Of a DNA stretch of 64,000 bases, positions 55,620 through 64,000 are shown piece by piece. Location of the stretch: positions 61,773-125,772 of the forward strand of contig JAVBLI010000016.1 of the NCBI GenBank assembly GCA_031553595.1. Direction: 5' to 3'. The position numbers and the translations under genes are program-made. Origin of the DNA: Thermoguttaceae bacterium. GTDB taxonomy: Bacteria > Planctomycetota > Planctomycetia > Pirellulales > Thermoguttaceae. Position 1 is the stretch's first letter. Each line of letters starts with the position of its first letter. A model generated the notes under the pieces. It was not told the DNA's origin. It did no database searches and saw only the letters and a program-made list of their open reading frames with translations.

Positions 55620-55839
55620 TGTGATAATTCCCGGATATTCCGCCCATTTTCATCAAAATTTTCACCGCCGGGCACAAATTGCGCAGATTTTCAGAGAAAA
55701 TGCTTGGCGTCCAACTCAATTTACGGTAAAATATAAAAATAGGAAAGGAATGGCTTCTTTGTGACCCATCTTTTCATTATACCAGAAAAAATGGATTTGT
55801 TTAGACAGGCACACGCAAAAAATCGTGGGAGATCAAAAA

Positions 55840-57132
55840 ATGAAAAGTTTACCGTCACACGGCCCGGCCATTTTCCAGCCGCTCTTTTTCTGCGCCCTCT
55901 GCACCGTCCTTGCGCTGGCGGGATGCGATTTACAGGTGAAAAAAAGCGGCGAGGCGGGCGATGGTTCTCCGGCACTGACCCCCGCCGGCGGTGCGGAGGG
56001 TGTTTCTGACGCCGCCAGAAAAGTGCAGGACGCGGTCAAGCAGATAAAGGAGCTGGAGAATTTTCCGGAAAAGCTTGAGGAACATCAGGAGGCGAACCGC
56101 GAAATCCGTGAAGAGGGAAAGCGTCACATGGCGAATCCTCCGGGAAGAACGCAGTCCACGCCGGACGATTTACCGCCGCCGCCGGTGCAGGAGCGTCCGC
56201 AGCCTTACACCACGCTGTACCCGCCGCCGGGGCCGGAAGAAAATGCCGCGGCGCCGAAGCCTGCCAAAAATGGCCGAAACGTGGAAAAGGAAGATCGCGA
56301 AATTTTGGAAGCTTCCATGGAAGACGACTCGGAAGGCGAGACGCTGGATCTCGCGACGCCCGGGGAAGCGGCGGAGGACGAGGATTTCGACCTGATGGTC
56401 TCCGAGAAGTTTAATAAGCCGATCGAGCTGGGGGAGCCGTTTTTCGAAAAGCCGGAAAATCTGGTGCGGCTGGACAAGGAAATGGCGATTTGGGTGGATA
56501 AGGACAAGAAAAACGTGGTGCTGCAGGGCTGGGTGTGCCAGACGCGTGCGCCGCTGGAATTTTTCATGTGCACCGGCCGGGGCATCATCCGCCTGAATCC
56601 GTATGACGGCGAGGAAGGTATGCCGGATCAGATTTTGCAATTCATGGGCGCGAAAACGCATGAGGCCGTGCTGTGTGTGGACGTACGTCCGAGCATCATT
56701 CATGCCGGCCTGCTGGCAATCGGCGCGAAGCCCGGCGAGCCGGTGAGTTTCCAGCCTGAATTTAAACCTGCCACCGGCGAGGAAATCGACATTCGTGTCC
56801 GCTGGAAGGATGCGGACGGAAAAATCGTCGAGAAGCGGGCCCAGGAACTGGTCCGGGACGCCGCCACCGGCGATGAGATGGACATTCCGTGGGTCTTTGC
56901 GGGCAGCTTTTTTTACACAGACGAAGAAGACACCGCCCAGCCGCCGAAGCGGTTTTACGCGGCCGACTCGGAAGGCGAAATCATCGGCGTTTCTAATTTC
57001 CCCAGCGCCATGCTGGACGTCCCGAAAGCCAGTTCCGACTCGAATGCCGAGCTGATTTTCCAGGCGAATCAGGATACCCTCCCCGAGAGAGGCACGCCGG
57101 TGACGATTCTCATGCGTGTCCATGAAAAATAA
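55840..57132 (+). CDS. hypothetical lipoprotein
   Basis: MKSLPSHGPAIFQPLFFCALCTVLALAGC (lipobox LAGC). Acidic, Pro-rich linker. The conserved-looking C-terminal domain reads WVCQTRAPLEFFMCTGRG...HEAVLCVDVRPSIIHAGLLAIGAKPG. Confidence 0.6.
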   Translation: MKSLPSHGPAIFQPLFFCALCTVLALAGCDLQVKKSGEAGDGSPALTPAGGAEGVSDAARKVQDAVKQIKELENFPEKLEEHQEANREIREEGKRHMANPPGRTQSTPDDLPPPPVQERPQPYTTLYPPPGPEENAAAPKPAKNGRNVEKEDREILEASMEDDSEGETLDLATPGEAAEDEDFDLMVSEKFNKPIELGEPFFEKPENLVRLDKEMAIWVDKDKKNVVLQGWVCQTRAPLEFFMCTGRGIIRLNPYDGEEGMPDQILQFMGAKTHEAVLCVDVRPSIIHAGLLAIGAKPGEPVSFQPEFKPATGEEIDIRVRWKDADGKIVEKRAQELVRDAATGDEMDIPWVFAGSFFYTDEEDTAQPPKRFYAADSEGEIIGVSNFPSAMLDVPKASSDSNAELIFQANQDTLPERGTPVTILMRVHEK

Positions 57133-57135
57133 AAA

Positions 57136-57205
57136 AATGAGAAATAAAGGAATGATTTTTCGGAACAGTCAGAGGCTCGCTTGCGCCATTTCTTTATTTC
57201 TCATT
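57136..57205 (+). repeat. 'word-repeat' hairpin (element B) with GGCTCGCTTGCG loop core, between convergent genes
   Basis: Stem aatgagaaataaaggaatg / catttctttatttctcatt. The loop ...ttcggaacagtcagaggctcgcttgcgc... shares its core with 12881 and 63741. Confidence 0.7.
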
Positions 57206-57893
57206 CCCCAGGCCGGATGTCCCACATTTCGCACCGCCATGCACCGCCGTCATGCGTGAAAATCGAAAACGCGCCGGTGGCCATTTTCATTCCTGCGCCG
57301 GGGAGTTCACCCGCGGTATTCTCATCAGCCGCCGCCGTCAGGCCCCACGCGAATCGCGCTACGCCGTTACTGGTCACGGCCAGCACGGTCTGATCCGTAT
57401 ACTGTGTTAAAAGACACGTGCCGAATTCCCGCCACTGCCGGAAGCGTTCTTCCACATCCACGCTCCATCCGGGCGGCACGATAAACTCCCGGCTCCAGCG
57501 CTCGAGGCACGCTTTTCCCTCCGCGGCGAGCGTTTCCGCGTCCTTCACGTCCGGCCCCAGCACGCGATGCCCCATCCGCCGCAGCACCTCCGTTTCCGGC
57601 AGGCCGTCATCTTCGCCGAAATGCAGCTCCTTCAAAAATTCCGCTTCCCGCACGGGAATGTCCGCGCCGAGCTTCTGGCGAATTTCCGTCGCCGTCTGTA
57701 TGGTGCGTTTCAGCGGCGCCGCAAAAATCGCGGCCGGCATCAGCCCGTGCGTGGAAAAATAAGCGCCCACGCGCTCGGCCTGCCGCATACCCTCCGCCGT
57801 CAACGAAATGTCCGTCCCGGCTCCCACCCGCCGCACCGACTCGCCCTTCTCGAATGTGTTCCCGTGCCGCACCACGATTAATTTCGTCGCCAT
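57201..57893 (-). CDS. histidine phosphatase (phosphoglycerate-mutase) family protein
   Basis: N-terminal LIVVRHGNT (RHG catalytic motif). 230 aa. Confidence 0.8.
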   Translation of the reverse strand: MATKLIVVRHGNTFEKGESVRRVGAGTDISLTAEGMRQAERVGAYFSTHGLMPAAIFAAPLKRTIQTATEIRQKLGADIPVREAEFLKELHFGEDDGLPETEVLRRMGHRVLGPDVKDAETLAAEGKACLERWSREFIVPPGWSVDVEERFRQWREFGTCLLTQYTDQTVLAVTSNGVARFAWGLTAAADENTAGELPGAGMKMATGAFSIFTHDGGAWRCEMWDIRPGE

Positions 57894-58009
57894 ACTTCTT
57901 TCTTCCTCTTTCGTTTATTTTTCCATCACCAAAAGAAAAACCCGAGACGCTCGCCCGGGTTTTTCTGTTTTCGCAGCGTGAAAGCGAGGTTTCCCACGCC
58001 CGCCGAATG

Positions 58010-60199
58010 TTACCAGAAGTAAATGTAAAGCGCCGCGGTGAGGATCAGCACCGTGATGCCGCCCACCAGTGCGCTGCGGGAGGGGCGTAAATCCATGTCC
58101 GTTTTCGTCTCCATGACCAGGGCCTCTTTCCGCGGGAAGAGCGCTGTCAGGACGCCCAGCAGCAGCAGCAGCAGCACGAAGGTCAGGGCCATCTGATTCA
58201 GGAAGTTCATGCTGTTCAGATACGGGAAGGGGGCGATTTTCATGAAGCCGTAAAGGCACGGGCCCAAGAGCAACACCAGCGCTCCGGCGAATTTCGGCAC
58301 GCGCGGCGCGAGAATCCCGAAGACGAAGATGGCCAGCACGCCCGGCGAGAGATAACCCTGGAATTCCTGGATGTATTTGAACAGGCCACCGAATTTCGGA
58401 TTCGCCAAAAACGGCACCAGCAGACACGCCAGGATGGTAAACGCCAGCACGCAGGTACGGCCGATGCGCACCATGCCGCGCTCCGAGGCGTTTTTATTCA
58501 GGAATTCTTTATAAATATCCATTGTGAAGATGGTTGACGCGGCGTTGAGCATGGCCGCCAGCGAACTGAGCACGGCCCCCAGCAGCGCCGCCAGCACGAA
58601 ACCGCGAATACCGGCCGCGAACGGCAGGTGCTTCAGCAGCAGCGGAAACGCGGCGTCATATTTATATCCGATCAGCTCTTTCGCCACGGGATACGCGGCT
58701 TTTTTCCCTGCCAGCGACTCCAGGAACGTCGGTATTCCGGCCTTCGCCTTCATGCTCGCGTTCACCTCGGCCACCGCCAGACACGTCGCCAGGCCGTCCT
58801 CTTTTTCCAGCACCGGAATGAGCTTCACGAGCCGTGTCGGCGCCGTTTTCGGATCCAGCAGTTTCACCTTCTCGGCGGCCACCAGCGCATCGAACGTCGC
58901 GGGATCTTCCTGGAGCGTTTTCATGTTATGCTTCGTGATTTCCACCGCTTTCGCCGGGTGCAGCACGGAATAATCCTCGTTGAACTCAAAAAGCGTCTTC
59001 GCTTCGTCGGCTTTCAGCGTCCGTCCCTCGGGCAGGGCCGCGCCGTTGGCAAGATACTCGTAAAGTTGCAGCGTTTCGAGGTTCGCCAGCTTATCGGTCT
59101 GAGCCTCCCCGATCATTTCCTTGTGATACATATTAAACGCGAGAATCCCGGGAATAACCACGATGAACGGAATCAGCAGCTTCATTCCCGCCGCGAAAAC
59201 CAGCCCCTTCTGGCCCTGTGCCAGCGACTGCGAGCCCAGCGTCCGCTGCATGATGTACTGATTCAATCCCCAATAATAGAGGTTCGGAATCCAGATGCCC
59301 AGCAAGAGCGTCGTCCACACGATGTTCGGATCCGACAGCGGCCGAAGCATGTGCAGCTTGTCGGCGTTTATCTCACGGAACTTTTCCAGCGTCGGCGTGT
59401 CCTGCTTCACCTGCGCGATCATATTCACGTTTTCAGGCGTCTGATACGCATCCGGGCGAGCGTAAACCGGCGTGTCCTGAAGCGTATCCAGCGGGGCTTT
59501 TTCGAATACGTCGAACGCGTAAACCATGACCATCGCGCCGCCGATGATCAGCGCCGAACCCTGTAGCAGGTCGGCCCACGCACAGGCTTTGAGCCCGCCG
59601 ATGAAAACGTATATACACGCCAAGAGTCCCATTACCCATGCGGCATTCACCACCGTGACCGGCACCCCGAGAACCGTCCAGCCGGCGAAGAGGGTGTAAA
59701 TCGTCAGGGCACCCAGATAAATCACCGCCGCGGTGGAGACGCCCACGAGAATGATCATCATGAAAATGGACAGCAACGAGCGGGAGAGTTTGTTATAGCG
59801 GAACTCGAGAAATTCAGGCACGGTGTAAATCCCGCGCTTGAGGAACATGGGCAGGAAGATGAACGCCACGGCGACCAGCGAAATCGCGGCGATCCACTCG
59901 TAGCTGGCGATCGCAAGGCCCGTGCACTGGGCGGCGTTTCCCGACATTCCGACGAACTGCTCCGCCGAGATGTTGGCCGCGATCAGCGAAAACCCGATCA
60001 GCCACCACTTCAGCCCTCGCCCGGCGAGGAAGTAATCCTCACTGGAGTCGCCCGCCTTGCGGCTCATGCCCACGCTGATGGCGATCACCGCGAGGATGAA
60101 CGCCACGAAAATAAAGATATCCAGCGTCGTGAACTGAAATATCCCCGTCGCCGTTTCCGCCAACAAAATCATGCTCATAAAAGTCTCCGTTGAAAACAA
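58010..60199 (-). CDS. sodium:solute symporter family transporter (SGLT-like, with large soluble insert)
   Basis: Many TM helices. SSF-type N-terminal blocks are present (DYFLAGRGLKWWLIGFSLIAANISAEQFVGMSG). About 729 aa. Confidence 0.85.
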   Translation of the reverse strand: MFSTETFMSMILLAETATGIFQFTTLDIFIFVAFILAVIAISVGMSRKAGDSSEDYFLAGRGLKWWLIGFSLIAANISAEQFVGMSGNAAQCTGLAIASYEWIAAISLVAVAFIFLPMFLKRGIYTVPEFLEFRYNKLSRSLLSIFMMIILVGVSTAAVIYLGALTIYTLFAGWTVLGVPVTVVNAAWVMGLLACIYVFIGGLKACAWADLLQGSALIIGGAMVMVYAFDVFEKAPLDTLQDTPVYARPDAYQTPENVNMIAQVKQDTPTLEKFREINADKLHMLRPLSDPNIVWTTLLLGIWIPNLYYWGLNQYIMQRTLGSQSLAQGQKGLVFAAGMKLLIPFIVVIPGILAFNMYHKEMIGEAQTDKLANLETLQLYEYLANGAALPEGRTLKADEAKTLFEFNEDYSVLHPAKAVEITKHNMKTLQEDPATFDALVAAEKVKLLDPKTAPTRLVKLIPVLEKEDGLATCLAVAEVNASMKAKAGIPTFLESLAGKKAAYPVAKELIGYKYDAAFPLLLKHLPFAAGIRGFVLAALLGAVLSSLAAMLNAASTIFTMDIYKEFLNKNASERGMVRIGRTCVLAFTILACLLVPFLANPKFGGLFKYIQEFQGYLSPGVLAIFVFGILAPRVPKFAGALVLLLGPCLYGFMKIAPFPYLNSMNFLNQMALTFVLLLLLLGVLTALFPRKEALVMETKTDMDLRPSRSALVGGITVLILTAALYIYFW

Positions 60200-60209
60200 T
60201 GGTCAATTG

Positions 60210-60248
60210 TTAATGGTGCATGGCTAATGATTTTTAATTCACCATTAA
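60210..60248 (-). terminator. hairpin between the fusA-like gene and the symporter gene
   Basis: Stem ttaatggtg / caccattaa, embedded in ccatta/taatgg word repeats (60203-60265). No clear U-tract. Confidence 0.35.
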
Positions 60249-60265
60249 CCATTCATCATTAACCA

Positions 60266-62383
<2,118 letters not shown>

Positions 62384-62478
62384 GAGAGGTCTCGGGGATA
62401 ATTTTCAGCGAACGTAATAAAAATAACTCTATTTCGTTTATTATATCGGCCGGAATAAAAAAAACAAGACACGCGGGG

Positions 62479-62565
62479 AATGGACAATGGATAATTGACG
62501 ATAGACAATGATTTTAAGGGCGGCTTTCCTCCGACTCCCTCATTGTCCATCGTCCATTGGCCATT
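62479..62565. repeat. 'word-repeat' hairpin in the divergent intergenic region
   Basis: aatggacaatggataattgacgatagacaatga pairs imperfectly with tcattgtccatcgtccattggccatt. The loop is gattttaagggcggctttcctccgactccc. Confidence 0.5.
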
Positions 62566-62732
62566 GCCCGCGTCTTTCACTTTTTTCCCAAAAATCCGCC
62601 CGCGACTCTTGAAATCCGCCGCTGCGTGTGCTACAAAAGAGGTATGTTGGTTCGCGCCGACGGGGCATTCCGTCAAACCGGCGTGGCTTTTAGATTAAAA
62701 ATCCAGAAAATTCTTTGAAGGAGAACACACAC

Positions 62733-63740
<1,008 letters not shown>

Positions 63741-63846
63741 AAAAATTGATAATTGAAAATTGATAATTGATAATTATCGCAAGCGAGCTACTGACCGAAG
63801 ATTTTGCTCGACGCAGTTAATTGTCAATTATCAATTGTCAATTGCC
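63741..63846 (-). repeat. 'word-repeat' hairpin (element D), inverted copy of element C
   Basis: Contains cgcaagcgagc, the reverse complement of gctcgcttgcg. The reverse complement of the whole element aligns with 12881..12962, including caattaactgcgt and the ttcggtc.gt.gctcgcttgcg core. Confidence 0.7.
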
Positions 63847-63847
63847 C

Positions 63848-64000
63848 CTACCACGCCACTTCCATCATGCCGACGAGTCGCTGGGCGAGGGTTTCCATCA
63901 TTTTTTGGGACGTCGTCGCGTTCGACTGCCCGGCCTCGGCGATCATCGCGGCGCCGTTGGAGATTTCCAGCGCTACGGAGTTGAGATTGATGTTCTGCGA
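63848..64000 (-). CDS. 3' end of an unidentified minus-strand gene (partial, runs off the window)
   Basis: The reverse-strand frame is open to the window edge and ends in TAG (63850..63848). It reads ...SQNINLNSVALEISNGAAMIAEAGQSNATTSQKMMETLAQRLVGMMEVAW*. Not in the ORF track because it has no start in the window. Confidence 0.3.
   Translation of the reverse strand, partial: SQNINLNSVALEISNGAAMIAEAGQSNATTSQKMMETLAQRLVGMMEVAW

Overview
This is a GC-rich bacterial chromosomal window with AT-rich intergenic regions. Several markers suggest the PVC superphylum, most likely Planctomycetota. They are a DUF1570-like HExxH protein, a YTV-repeat protein, ThuA plus a xylose-isomerase-like TIM-barrel protein, an 'LRLEMLEKREMLS' leader on a giant RTX protein, and Rho with a Gly/Arg/Tyr/Asp-rich insert. 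This placement comes from reading the proteins only; no search was run.

Recognisable housekeeping genes are mdh, glgA, guaB, tdh, rho, prmC, a uvrD/pcrA-type helicase, recA, apt, ispH and an EF-G. There are also flotillin, a sodium:solute symporter, a XylR/AraC-type regulator, a histidine phosphatase and a RelE-type toxin-antitoxin pair.

The most unusual content is a roughly 12.7 kb head-to-tail array (22741..35462, + strand) of 18 tightly packed genes. Many are joined by start/stop overlaps. They encode paralogous small multi-pass membrane proteins, and nearly all begin with the same N-terminal box (E-N-P-Y-A-S-P-E, with variants). I cannot assign this family to anything known.

A second candidate system lies directly downstream on the opposite strand: an ABC/SMC-type ATPase whose stop overlaps (ATGA) the start of a tail-anchored cysteine-containing LRR protein, followed 5 nt later by a full-length UvrD-like helicase.

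The window also carries at least four families of structured intergenic repeats:
- long palindromes of about 110-120 nt, in 5 copies
- 'word-repeat' hairpins with a conserved GCTCGCTTGCG loop core and variable stems
- REP hairpins flanking an IS200-like Y1 (RAYT-type) transposase gene
- GAGCCGCAAGT hairpins

No rRNA, tRNA or CRISPR array was seen.
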